Origin: a virus
Taxonomy: Duplodnaviria; Heunggongvirae; Uroviricota; Caudoviricetes
DNA length: 19,695 nt
Strand: one strand, 5' to 3'
IMG/VR virus record: IMGVR_UViG_2700989272_000006
Span: 1 to 19,695 of that record
This document shows positions 1 through 7,913 of the stretch, piece after piece. Each line of letters begins with the position of its first letter. The first letter of the stretch is position 1. The position numbers and the translations under genes were made by a program. The notes under the pieces were generated by a model that was not told where the DNA came from, searched no databases, and saw nothing but the letters and a program-made list of their open reading frames with translations.

Positions 1-141
1 TATGGCGGCGGCAGAGTCATAAAGCACCTCATTACCCTTGCCACCGCCTCGCAGAACGGGCATTCCCTGCTCCTGCCAGTTCTGAATGGTACGGATACTC
101 GCACCGAAAATGTCAGCCAGCTGCTTTTTGTTGACTTCCAT
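1..141 (-). CDS. nu1: Terminase small subunit Nu1, N-terminal part (partial, continues beyond window start)
   Basis: Reverse complement from position 141 translates to MEVNKKQLADIFGASIRTIQNWQEQGMPVLRGGGKGNEVLYDSAA..., which matches the N-terminal wHTH of lambda Nu1 as I recall it; ATG at 139-141 (minus); lies immediately downstream of the cos/cosB region. Confidence 0.85.
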   Translation of the reverse strand, partial: MEVNKKQLADIFGASIRTIQNWQEQGMPVLRGGGKGNEVLYDSAAAI

Positions 142-144
142 TGT

Positions 145-335
145 TCATTCCACGGACAAAAACAGAGAAAGGAAACGACAGAGGCCAAAAGGCCTGTTTT
201 CAGCACCTGTCGTTTCCTTTCTTTTCAGGGGGTGTTTTAAATAAAAACAGTAAGTTACGGCGAAGAAGAACGGAAACGCCTTAAACCGGAAAATTTTCAT
301 AAATAGCGAAAACCCGCGACGCTCCCGCCCCGTGG
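145..335 (-). other. cos region: cosB with three Nu1-binding R-like repeats (approx 169-180, 211-221, 271-281) and cosN cohesive-end site (approx 319-331)
   Basis: Sequence ccggaaaattttcataaatagcgaaaacccgcga followed by cgctcccgcccc closely resembles (from memory) the reverse complement of the lambda left end, including the GC-rich 12-nt cohesive end. Repeated GGAAACG/CGTTTCC motifs (aggaaacgaca, tcgtttccttt, acggaaacgcc) lie between cosN and the Nu1 start, as cosB R sites do in lambda. Exact nick positions were not determined. Confidence 0.6.
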
Positions 336-726
336 CAGGCCACCCCACCGGGAGGACCCGTCAGCCTGACAGCTCTGACGAACGTCTGATACAACGCCTT
401 GCATGAATGGCATCGGGATAATCCAGAAAGGCATAGCATCGTGCCCACAAGAATCTGTGTAAGTGTCCTGTTTCTTCCACCCCCGCACAGGACTGGCGAG
501 CATGAGGGACAAACCCGCGAACCATAAACGCGGTAAAAACCCGGTGTGCATCGTTTTTGATTATTCCCGCACACTCTCGCAGAAGGAGTTCCCCGTCGGG
601 CTACGGTCTCTGTTAATACGGGAATACGGCGACGATACAGCGCATGATGTGTCAGGCTTGAATACCTTTATCCGTTAAAAGGGATATCAGTTAAGTTATC
701 CCGTGTAGGGTATAAACCATTATCAA

Positions 727-752
727 AGCCACTCTGTAGGGAGTGGCTTTTG
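727..752 (+). terminator. Putative intrinsic terminator hairpin (gccactc-tgtagg-gagtggc followed by TTTTGT)
   Basis: 7-bp perfect stem with 6-nt loop and a following T-run on the plus strand, downstream of the plus-strand ORF 463..678. Confidence 0.3.
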
Positions 753-959
753 TAATGACAATAAAAAGCCCCGCGAATACGAGGCTAAATCCTGGTATTT
801 GTAATGACTGGCTCTTATCTCAACGCAGCCCCTTACCGCGCGCAAGATGCTCAATATCAAGCATCAGCAATGAGATATTTAATCTGGATTCACTCCAGAA
901 GTGATCACCACCCTGTCTACAGAGCCAGATGTGAAGGATGATGAGTAAAATTATCGCTA

Positions 960-1427
960 TCATCGAAGGCATTGCGTCCTGATATATTCCTGAAGCGTTC
1001 TCAGTGCTGTCTGGTCTCTGATGATTCCGTCCCGGATACCGAGAACGTTTCGTCCAGCAACTGGAGAGAGTTCGACGGTGGCATCATTGCCCATGCCGGA
1101 GGCGCTGGAGGTTTCGGCTGAGGATGGCACAGAGCATTTTCCTTTGACGAGCACCCGACCACCATTATCAAGCTTGCGCCGAAGAGCATCATTTTCAGCT
1201 TTCGCATCAGCCAACTCCTTCGTGTATTTAGCATCGAGTACATCAGCAGCACGCTGGCGTTGCTGCATGTCAGTAATGGTGGCGGTCGCCTGCTTCAGCT
1301 CACTGACTTTTTTATCACGCTGTTCTTTGTAGGCGATGGCGTTATCACGGTAATGATTGACCGCCCACGACAGGCAGACGATGATGCAGATAACCAGAGC
1401 ATAAATAATCGCGGCGACTCTGCTCAC
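960..1427 (-). CDS. Rz: Spanin inner-membrane subunit Rz (i-spanin)
   Basis: Translation ...[38 protein letters not shown]...[16 protein letters not shown]... is collinear with lambda Rz (N-terminal TM helix, coiled-coil body). Likely GTG start at 1427 overlapping the endolysin TGA stop (GTGA); the ORF-track start at 1442 is TTG. Confidence 0.85.
   Translation of the reverse strand: MSRVAAIIYALVICIIVCLSWAVNHYRDNAIAYKEQRDKKVSELKQATATITDMQQRQRAADVLDAKYTKELADAKAENDALRRKLDNGGRVLVKGKCSVPSSAETSSASGMGNDATVELSPVAGRNVLGIRDGIIRDQTALRTLQEYIRTQCLR
1001..1207 (-). CDS. Rz1: Spanin outer-membrane lipoprotein Rz1 (o-spanin), embedded in the +1 frame of Rz
   Basis: [21 protein letters not shown]... has a lipobox (VVGC) followed by a Pro-rich segment ([16 protein letters not shown]), as in lambda Rz1; AAGGAG SD 6 nt upstream of ATG at 1207; fully embedded within Rz. 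Confidence 0.75.
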   Translation of the reverse strand: MRKLKMMLFGASLIMVVGCSSKENALCHPQPKPPAPPAWAMMPPSNSLQLLDETFSVSGTESSETRQH

Positions 1428-1957
1428 TGATCTATCCCCCAACAGGCTAATGCGCTTTCCTGGTCACGACGAATAACCTGTCCATAGCAGTTATTTGAAC
1501 GTATGCGGCAATCGCGCCCACCATCTTTTATCCACCAGCGAATCGCCTCGCATGCACCCTTACGATCACCGGCATTCAGCCGCTTATAAAACGTCGACGG
1601 GAAACACTTACCGGGGCCAATGTTATAGGGACAAAATGACGCTATACCCGCTTTCTGTGGTTCGGTCAGTGGCACTTTAATATTGCGCTCCACCCATGCC
1701 AGCGCCTTATCCCGTTCAATGGCGTTAACCTGGTCGCATTTTTCCTTCGACAGTTTCATACCGGGAAAAACGGGTTTTCCATCCACCACCGTGGCACCCC
1801 GACAGATGGTCCAGATGCCGGAACCATCGCGGTATGCCGTTGTGTGGTTACCTTCTTTTTCATTCAGAAACTGGTCGAGAATATCAGGCGCAGGCGCACC
1901 GACGGCAATCAGTGCCAGAACGGCAGCCGACAGGCCGTATCTGATTTTTACGTTCAT
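1424..1957 (-). CDS. SAR endolysin (T4-lysozyme-like, GH24 muramidase) of phage 21 R type
   Basis: E-x8-D-x5-T catalytic pattern ([16 protein letters not shown]) typical of T4-type lysozymes; N-terminal weakly hydrophobic Gly/Ala-rich segment ([17 protein letters not shown]) consistent with a signal-anchor-release domain; sits downstream of a pinholin. Confidence 0.85.
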   Translation of the reverse strand: MNVKIRYGLSAAVLALIAVGAPAPDILDQFLNEKEGNHTTAYRDGSGIWTICRGATVVDGKPVFPGMKLSKEKCDQVNAIERDKALAWVERNIKVPLTEPQKAGIASFCPYNIGPGKCFPSTFYKRLNAGDRKGACEAIRWWIKDGGRDCRIRSNNCYGQVIRRDQESALACWGIDQ

Positions 1958-2062
1958 GGATATTTATCAGGATTTATCGGTTTCTGAACCCTGGATATGT
2001 TTATCTGTCCCGGCCTGTTGAATCAGGCAAGGAATAGTTAAATACAATAGAGAGGATTGTTT

Positions 2063-2335
2063 ATGGACAATAGCACCATTTCTCTACAGGAGTTGCTCGA
2101 CTGCATTTCCAAGCTTCGGGATGATGTAAATGCCCTTACTGTCGCATTTTCATATCTGGCATTCTCAATTCCCAAGGAACAAATGCAACCAACACTGGCA
2201 TCGCTCCAGCTTGAATCACTCAACCCCAAATGGTCCCAGCAACAACAAAATTCTTTCAAGTGGCTGGCGGTATTACTGGAAGAAAAATATGCTGGTGAAA
2301 TTACCATTTCGGCGGAGTCTTCAGAGAACCAGTAA
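2063..2335 (+). CDS. Hypothetical 90-aa protein, reverse-oriented inside the lysis cassette (candidate moron)
   Basis: ATG at 2063 preceded by AGAGAGGA 6 nt upstream; fills a 344-bp gap between the endolysin start and the DUF1327 gene stop that has no minus-strand gene; hydrophilic, Q-rich product (MDNSTISLQELLDCISKLRDDVNALT...). Coding status unverified. Confidence 0.3.
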   Translation: MDNSTISLQELLDCISKLRDDVNALTVAFSYLAFSIPKEQMQPTLASLQLESLNPKWSQQQQNSFKWLAVLLEEKYAGEITISAESSENQ

Positions 2336-2645
2336 TTCTTCCCGGTAGCTTTCCTTTGTAGGTTATCCACACATTCTGCGCCTCTAAAATTATGGGGCGC
2401 TTTTCCGGCGACAGCTCATCCCCTTCACATAACCCGGCAGCAACATCCAGGAAGACCTGTCTGATGCTCCTTCTGGCTGCTGCCTCATAAAACTCCAGCG
2501 CGGCACCTTCAACACGGTCCAGCGAGATGTCCAGGTCAAAAATTTCACCGTCAAAGCGGTTTTTGTCCCGTAACGCTAAAGTTACCGTAACTTTATTCTC
2601 AAAATTGCGGATCCCTTTCACAATCAGTTCATAGTTTTGAGTCAT
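2301..2645 (-). CDS. DUF1327-like protein (YdfR-like), lysis-cassette-associated
   Basis: 114-aa ORF with ATG at 2645 and GGAGAG SD; located between holin and endolysin, the position YdfR occupies in the E. coli Qin prophage. The family assignment is from memory. Confidence 0.55.
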   Translation of the reverse strand: MTQNYELIVKGIRNFENKVTVTLALRDKNRFDGEIFDLDISLDRVEGAALEFYEAAARRSIRQVFLDVAAGLCEGDELSPEKRPIILEAQNVWITYKGKLPGRITGSLKTPPKW

Positions 2646-2649
2646 TGAA

Positions 2650-2865
2650 TTACTCTCCCCGTGCAGCCTTACGCTTGTCTTCTTTAATCTTGAAATAAAG
2701 ATTTGTCAGATACGTCAGCAGGCCAAACACCAGACTACCCAGCACACCTATTGCCGCCCACTGTGAGGGCGTGACTTTATCGAGCAACTGTAAAAACCAG
2801 TACCCGGCACTACCTGCTGAGGTGCCATAGGCGACACCCGTTGTTAACTTATCCATGGATTTCAT
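2650..2865 (-). CDS. Pinholin, phage 21 S21-like class II holin with dual-start motif
   Basis: [71 protein letters not shown] is near-collinear with the S21 pinholin as I recall it (two TM segments, charged C-terminus); Met1/Met4 dual start (2865 and 2856); strong GAGGTGGGG SD. Confidence 0.85.
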
Positions 2866-2932
2866 AACCCCACCTCGCAGATGCGGGTGCTGTGTAATGG
2901 AAATAAAAAGGCCACCTGACGTGGACACCAGA

Positions 2933-3985
2933 TTATTTCCCCACCAGCTCGTTTATCTCTTTCACTGTCTGGTTAAACCGCTCTGACTCAAGCTCAACAC
3001 CTAAGGCCCGACGCCCCAGCGCCATTGCTGCTTTTATTGTGGAACCGGATCCCATAAAAAAATCAGCAACCAGATCACCAGGTCGACTACTGGCATTGAT
3101 TATTTGCCTGAGCATATCCGCCGGTTTCTCACACGGATGTTTACCCGGGTAGAACTGAACGGGTTTATGCATCCAGACATCGGTATAAGGCACGGAGACT
3201 GATACGGAGAAATAGCGCCGGAGAGATTTAAACTCATCCAGCAATTCAGAATATTTGCGATTCAGTGAATCATAAGATGCCACCAGCTGGTGGTGTGGTT
3301 GTTCCAGTTGTTGTTCCTGAAACTTCTCTGCCGCTATACGGGAAAACAGTGCCTGTAACTTCCGATAGTCAGCCTCATTCGGCAACTGCCACTGACTGGC
3401 ACCAAACCAGTGGGAAACCATATTTTTCTTACCTGTGGCTTCGGCAATTTGTTTTGCCGTTATACCCAGTTCGGCACGAGCATCCCTGAAATACGATATC
3501 AGCGGTGCCATTATGTGCTGTTTGAGTTCCCTTTCTTTTGCCGCATAGCCGTCACTTTTGCCGCGATATGGCCCCTGGTAATGTTCAGCAAACAGAACGC
3601 GCTCTGTGGCAGGAAAATATGCGCGCAGACTTTCTTTATTACACCCATTCCAACGTCCGGACGGCTTCGCCCAGATGATATGGTTAAGCACGTTGAAACG
3701 TTCACGCATCATGATCTCAATATCAGATGCCAGGCGATGCCCACAGAACAGGTAAAGGCTTCCGGCAGGTTTTAACACCCGCCAGAACTGGGCCAGACAG
3801 TGGTCCAGCCACTTAAGGTAATCTTCGTCCCCTTTCCACTGATTGTCCCAGCCGTTGGGTTTCACCTTGAAGTACGGCGGATCGGTAACAATCAGGTCAA
3901 TGGAATCATCAGGCAGGGACTGAATAAAATGCAGGCAATCAGCGTTGATTAAATCAGCACTGTTTATTTTTACAGTATTTTTCAT
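2933..3985 (-). CDS. DNA methyltransferase, beta-class amino-MTase (N6-adenine or N4-cytosine)
   Basis: N-terminal catalytic motif IV (IVTDPPYF) and C-terminal AdoMet-binding motif I (DFFMGSGST) in the circularly permuted beta-class order; 350 aa; no cognate restriction enzyme recognised adjacent. Confidence 0.85.
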
Positions 3986-4135
3986 GGATCAGTAAGCGTA
4001 ACTCTGGTAGGCTCACTCTGCTTTTGCGCTAAAGCAGTGGGCCGTGGTTCGCTTGTGACCAGTAAGCATGAGCGAATGGCTGGCAGGTGCTACCAACACC
4101 CACCAGCCGCCCATTTTCACAGCAGGAAACCGCCA

Positions 4136-4339
4136 TTACTGGCAGCGTCTGAATTTATTCCCGTACCCGCCGTTATCCTTCGCCAGACCCGCCAGAACTA
4201 ACTGAGTCAGTATTAACTGGCACCGGGCTTCGCTTACTCCGGTAGTTCTCGTCATCATGCGTGGCGTTACCCACTTGTCAGCAGGTAAGAAATGAAGGAC
4301 TGCGGCGGCGGTTTCTGTCATATCTTGCTGTTTTAGCAT
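4136..4339 (-). CDS. Small putative winged-helix DNA-binding protein (67-75 aa)
   Basis: ORF 4136..4363; internal ATG at 4339 has an AAGGGA SD 7 nt upstream; sequence (TETAAAVLHFLPADKWVTPRMMTRTTGVSEARCQLILTQLVLAGLAKDNGG) has a wHTH-like pattern. Small size makes the call tentative. Confidence 0.4.
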   Translation of the reverse strand: MLKQQDMTETAAAVLHFLPADKWVTPRMMTRTTGVSEARCQLILTQLVLAGLAKDNGGYGNKFRRCQ

Positions 4340-4460
4340 GTCTTTTTCCCTTCTGGTTAACATGACATACCAATAACTCTTGTCTAAAAATCCAGCAAGA
4401 TAAAAAGTCAGTATTCACGACCACCAGCGTGTTTACTGTACTGCACCAAGTTTACAGGTA

Positions 4461-4487
4461 CAAAAAACCCGCTCAGTGGCGGGTTTA
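4461..4487 (-). terminator. Rho-independent terminator downstream of the 205-aa gene
   Basis: On the minus strand: stem acccgc / gcgggt with 6-nt loop followed by TTTTTTG; located 130 bp after the stop of the 4616..5233 gene. Confidence 0.6.
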
Positions 4488-4615
4488 AGTTGTGTGGCGA
4501 AGTAACCACTCTTAACACACTAATAGCATTTTTGTTATAACACAAGTAGCTCATTCAGTATTTTTAGAATCTTGACTTTCTTAAGCACGGCGAACTCTGA
4601 ATACCAAACATAAAA

Positions 4616-5233
4616 TCAATTATCTTCCAGGCCGGATGCTATCAACGAAAGCCTCTCAAAAAACGCTGTAGCAGCCTTGTCCAAAGTTGAATAAGTACTG
4701 TATTCTCCGTGTTCGGGACCAACCACTACCCATGGTCGTCTTTTTGGGATTCGGGACTTCTCAGAAATCACTGTTCCAGATATACCAATATCAATTGTTA
4801 CACCTGTTATTATTTTCTCTTCATCTCTTTCCCTGAACTCAATTGCCATAAATGCCGTTTTTTTTCGTTTCCCGTTTTTAAAAAAATCAAATAAAGCAAA
4901 GCGATGCTCATTAAAATCAACACCCCATCGTCCTTCAGGATAAAGGGCATGAAAGTTGTCATTTACGCTCTGCATCGTCTCATAAGCTTTAACTTCTAAA
5001 TCTCCATAGTGCATAGATACCGCGCAGGAGTCACTGGGTAACTGTATTTTCCCAAGATTGAAAACCTTTACTGCTCCAGAACTATGGCATCTTGCCCGCA
5101 ATTTATCCCCATTTATACTAATCGGAGAAATATTCCTTAATGTTCCGGGCTGGCTCCCTCCTAAGTAAACGACTGTTAAAGATTGCTTATTTTCAATTGC
5201 ATCAACTAATACATGCTCTACATTTTTATCCAT
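4616..5233 (-). CDS. Hypothetical protein (205 aa), AT-rich moron immediately downstream of Q
   Basis: ATG at 5233 with GGGAGG SD 5 nt upstream (the ORF-track start at 5260 is upstream of the SD). Lower GC than flanking phage genes; own terminator. No domain confidently recognised; the N-terminal 65 aa (LTVVYLGGSQPGTLRNISPISINGDKLRARC...VKVFNLGKIQL) weakly resemble a WYL/SH3-like beta-barrel pattern. Confidence 0.65.
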   Translation of the reverse strand: MDKNVEHVLVDAIENKQSLTVVYLGGSQPGTLRNISPISINGDKLRARCHSSGAVKVFNLGKIQLPSDSCAVSMHYGDLEVKAYETMQSVNDNFHALYPEGRWGVDFNEHRFALFDFFKNGKRKKTAFMAIEFRERDEEKIITGVTIDIGISGTVISEKSRIPKRRPWVVVGPEHGEYSTYSTLDKAATAFFERLSLIASGLEDN

Positions 5234-5260
5234 AATAACCTCCCGATGAACAGGTATCAT

Positions 5261-5330
5261 CAGGAGGTTATAATAAAATATGATTATTTACTTTGATTGA
5301 ATTTATTACTATATGTAACAATCAATTTCT
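5261..5330 (-). promoter_or_regulatory. Candidate late promoter (pR-prime-like) region overlapping the Q 3' end / Q-205aa intergenic spacer
   Basis: AT-rich stretch with sigma70-like hexamers (e.g. TTGATT ... TAATAAA) directly downstream of Q, where lambdoid phages place pR-prime and qut. Exact -35/-10 not resolved. Confidence 0.25.
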
Positions 5331-5680
5331 AAAGATACCCCCAACATTGCCAGACAACCGTCAATAAACCCTTCAGCTTTCTGCAGTCTGATAACAACCT
5401 GATTAAGTGATATCCCCAGTTTTACCCCCAACGCCCGTAATGTAACCCCATACACATAATACATTTCCAGTAATTCGTATTGATACGGTTCCTTTTTCTT
5501 AAGAACTGTCATTGCAGAGCTAATGATCAGGCCATCGTCATCGCTACATTGCGGGCGGGATTTTACTTTCGAAGGAATTAATCCCTTAAAACCTGCAGCA
5601 ACAGATGACCATTCCACATCCTCGTGATTATTTGCCACCCATGCCCCCCAACGTTCAAGAACCATTTGAATATCACGCAT
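5309..5680 (-). CDS. Q: Late-gene antiterminator Q (short QuuD / 933W-type)
   Basis: MRDIQMVLERWGAWVANNHEDVEWSSVAAGFKGLIPSKVKSRPQC... matches the N-terminus of short Q antiterminators as I recall them; first ATG at 5680 with GGAGAAA SD; positioned immediately upstream of the lysis region. Confidence 0.75.
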   Translation of the reverse strand: MRDIQMVLERWGAWVANNHEDVEWSSVAAGFKGLIPSKVKSRPQCSDDDGLIISSAMTVLKKKEPYQYELLEMYYVYGVTLRALGVKLGISLNQVVIRLQKAEGFIDGCLAMLGVSLEIDCYI

Positions 5681-5697
5681 CAACTTTCTCCACAAAA

Positions 5698-6693
5698 TCA
5701 GGCCAGCACGCCTATTGCCAGCGCACGATCGATAAAACGAAATATCAGCTCCAGCTGGGAGCCATACTTCTCTTCAAATGCCACGGTATCCGCATGCAGC
5801 TCGTCGTGATGCTTTCTGCACAAAGGCAACACAAAGAGGTCATGCGCTTTTGTACCCATTCCACCCTGACCGTGGCCTATCAGGTGGTGGGGATCATCAG
5901 CAGGCTTTCCACAACATGCACACGGCTGTGTCTTAACCCAGCGCGTGTACTTTTCATTAACCCAGCGGCGGCGTTTTGGGCGTAACATAAAAGACTCCGG
6001 CGACTCCGGATCCACTTTCAGCGCCAGCACCTTTTTCGCTTTATCCTGGATGATGCTGGTGGCAGGAACCGAAGGCACAAGGTCACTCTCCCGGGTGACA
6101 GACGGCACAACAGGTTTCGGTAATCTCAGCGCCTTACGGGCTGCGCTTTCAGGTAAGGCATCCGCCAGGTCATTACGAATCAGCCACCAGCACAGTTCCG
6201 GCATTGTCACGGCATGGTTATCATCAAAACCGAGATCCCGACGGACTACAGACAACACCCAGCGGGCACAGTTATCCGTTGCCATTGATTCCAGCCGTTC
6301 CGTGAACTGATCGCGCAGCTGGTTATCGCAGTGCCAGCACAGACGGATTGCGCCCGGAGCGTGTCGCATTGTGGTCATGTTCTCGCTGTGCCAGTCGGAA
6401 TGAGGCCACTGGCAGCCTTTTTCACGAAGTAACCAGCTTTCAAGACATTCCACGCCACCAGCACGACGGATCACTGCCTCATTGCGGAACACGGCCCGAA
6501 CGGCAGGATCATCCGCCAGCGGTTGTGATACCGCCGGAACGGCACCACTGGCGAAAGATGAATAACGTTCCGGCTCAGGCTCCAGCAGGACACGCCCCTG
6601 CATAAACAGGGGCATCAGCTCTGAACCTGGCCTGAACAATACGATCCCCATACGCGGGGCAATTTCAGGGGTCAGTAGTGCTCTCACGGTCAC
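5698..6693 (-). CDS. DUF968-like protein (YdfU-like) with C-terminal HNH/zinc-finger-like motif
   Basis: C-terminal CxxC ... HH ... H pattern (CACCGKPADDPHHLIGHGQGGMGTKAHDLFVLPLCRKHHDELH); occupies the YdfU position upstream of Q. Start uncertain (GTG 6693 or ATG 6651). Confidence 0.65.
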   Translation of the reverse strand: MTVRALLTPEIAPRMGIVLFRPGSELMPLFMQGRVLLEPEPERYSSFASGAVPAVSQPLADDPAVRAVFRNEAVIRRAGGVECLESWLLREKGCQWPHSDWHSENMTTMRHAPGAIRLCWHCDNQLRDQFTERLESMATDNCARWVLSVVRRDLGFDDNHAVTMPELCWWLIRNDLADALPESAARKALRLPKPVVPSVTRESDLVPSVPATSIIQDKAKKVLALKVDPESPESFMLRPKRRRWVNEKYTRWVKTQPCACCGKPADDPHHLIGHGQGGMGTKAHDLFVLPLCRKHHDELHADTVAFEEKYGSQLELIFRFIDRALAIGVLA

Positions 6694-6694
6694 C

Positions 6695-7504
6695 TCAATG
6701 AACGGTATCGAGCAGCTTTAACAGCTCAGGGAATCGGGATTCGAAGAAATGCGGCTGCGTCTCACGCGGATTTGCGGGACTGGTGATGTTCTTGCCGAAC
6801 ATGCAGCCTTTCGCCGTCAGCGACCAGAATTTTTTGATGTTGTTAATCCCGGTACGGCTGTATCGTTCGCGCTGCTCGACGATCCCCAGCTTCACCATCT
6901 GGTGATATGCCTGATTAGCCGTCAGGCGGATACCATACTGCTTCAGCAGTGCACTCAGCGACAGCGTCGGGCGGCTTGAGCCATCAGGCGCGTCAGCAGG
7001 TGCATCAATGGCATAGCGCGGTGCCAGATTCGGTAAGCCAACAGCCTCCTGGAGTTTCTGACAGGCACCAAGCACTGAAGAGTTAGACAGATTTAACTCC
7101 CGGCGCATAAAGTCCAGCAGGATCACGCCAGCCTGCATCTTGTCAGCAGCCTGTCCGGATAACTTTTCCGGCGCGCTGGTTACCATATCGAAAGTACGGA
7201 TCACCTTCAGATGGAATGACGGGCTGATCCACATTGCATAGGCATACACCAGTTCCTTACAGACATACGTTCCCCGTTCATTTCCCCCATGAATCACACT
7301 CACCGGGTCAACACCCAAATTCTGGGTGTTGGTTAATTCATGAACAAGCTCAACAGTTTGTTGGCTGGAAAGAAACTTTCCTGGCTCCTTGGTTCTGGCA
7401 TTTGCACCAGATGCTACTGCTGCGCGATGCAGATCGTTCAGGCTGTAACGCCCATAAGCATCACGACGAACTTCAATACCATCAATGACCATCAGATTAT
7501 TCAT
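6695..7504 (-). CDS. KilA-N domain protein (antirepressor-like)
   Basis: N-terminal KilA-N-like pattern (MVIDGIEVRRDAYGRYSLNDLHRAA...GGNERGTYVCKELVYAYAMWISPSFHLKV); ATG at 7504 with AGGAG-type SD. Confidence 0.7.
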   Translation of the reverse strand: MNNLMVIDGIEVRRDAYGRYSLNDLHRAAVASGANARTKEPGKFLSSQQTVELVHELTNTQNLGVDPVSVIHGGNERGTYVCKELVYAYAMWISPSFHLKVIRTFDMVTSAPEKLSGQAADKMQAGVILLDFMRRELNLSNSSVLGACQKLQEAVGLPNLAPRYAIDAPADAPDGSSRPTLSLSALLKQYGIRLTANQAYHQMVKLGIVEQRERYSRTGINNIKKFWSLTAKGCMFGKNITSPANPRETQPHFFESRFPELLKLLDTVH

Positions 7505-7523
7505 ACTTCGTTTCTCCTCTTAA

Positions 7524-7913
7524 TCAGGCAGCTGCACCCGCCGTTTTCTCGTACTTACTGATAGTGATCTCGACCTTCCCTTCCGGGATAACCGGTCCCC
7601 ACTCCACCAGCATTCTTTTCACCTGACTGTCGTCTTCCCACACCCCCGCGTGGGTCAGGGCGTCAAACAGCGCCTTGTTATAGTTGTCCAGATCGCGGAT
7701 CCTGTTATCCGGAGGAAACAACACGATCTCCACTGAAGCAGGTGCCGACGTTGGTTTCGGCAGACGACGTAACTGCTCAACTATTGCTGCACACGCCGCG
7801 CTCTGGAATTTGCGCCCCGCCGCGCTTATCAGGCTCTTACCTGCAAACGCCACTTTGTTGGGGTGTCGCCAGTACGTGTTCACGCTGGGCGGAAAAGGCA
7901 GTATTAGCTTCAT
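7524..7913 (-). CDS. rusA: Holliday junction resolvase RusA
   Basis: 129 aa; MKLILPFPPSVNTYWRH ... RIRDLDNYNKALFDALTHAGVWEDDSQV matches RusA family hallmarks (PxxxN..Y, catalytic DLDN). ATGA overlap with the upstream gene. Confidence 0.8.
   Translation of the reverse strand: MKLILPFPPSVNTYWRHPNKVAFAGKSLISAAGRKFQSAACAAIVEQLRRLPKPTSAPASVEIVLFPPDNRIRDLDNYNKALFDALTHAGVWEDDSQVKRMLVEWGPVIPEGKVEITISKYEKTAGAAA

Noticed and set aside
2038-2370. Minus-strand ORF (110 aa) in the endolysin-DUF1327 gap
   Set aside because: Cys-rich, odd composition, overlaps the 3' end of the DUF1327 gene in another frame and lacks a convincing SD; the plus-strand ORF at 2063 is the better candidate, if anything is coding here.
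3986-4135. Possible tRNA or ncRNA in the MTase-wHTH spacer (a tRNA position in some Stx-type prophages; 7-bp hairpin at 4018-4037)
   Set aside because: No cloverleaf-compatible sequence (no GTTCRANYC T-loop or acceptor-stem pairing) found by eye on either strand; the hairpin lacks a T-run. Left unannotated.
4436-4460. LexA-box-like CTGT ... ACAG sequence near the terminator upstream of the wHTH ORF
   Set aside because: Spacing between CTGT and ACAG is 14 nt rather than the canonical 8; not a credible SOS box.
5605-6605. Plus-strand ORFs 5605..5985, 5624..5809, 5945..6310 and 6348..6605 overlapping the Q and DUF968 genes
   Set aside because: Antisense to motif-bearing minus-strand genes; no SD; low-complexity products.
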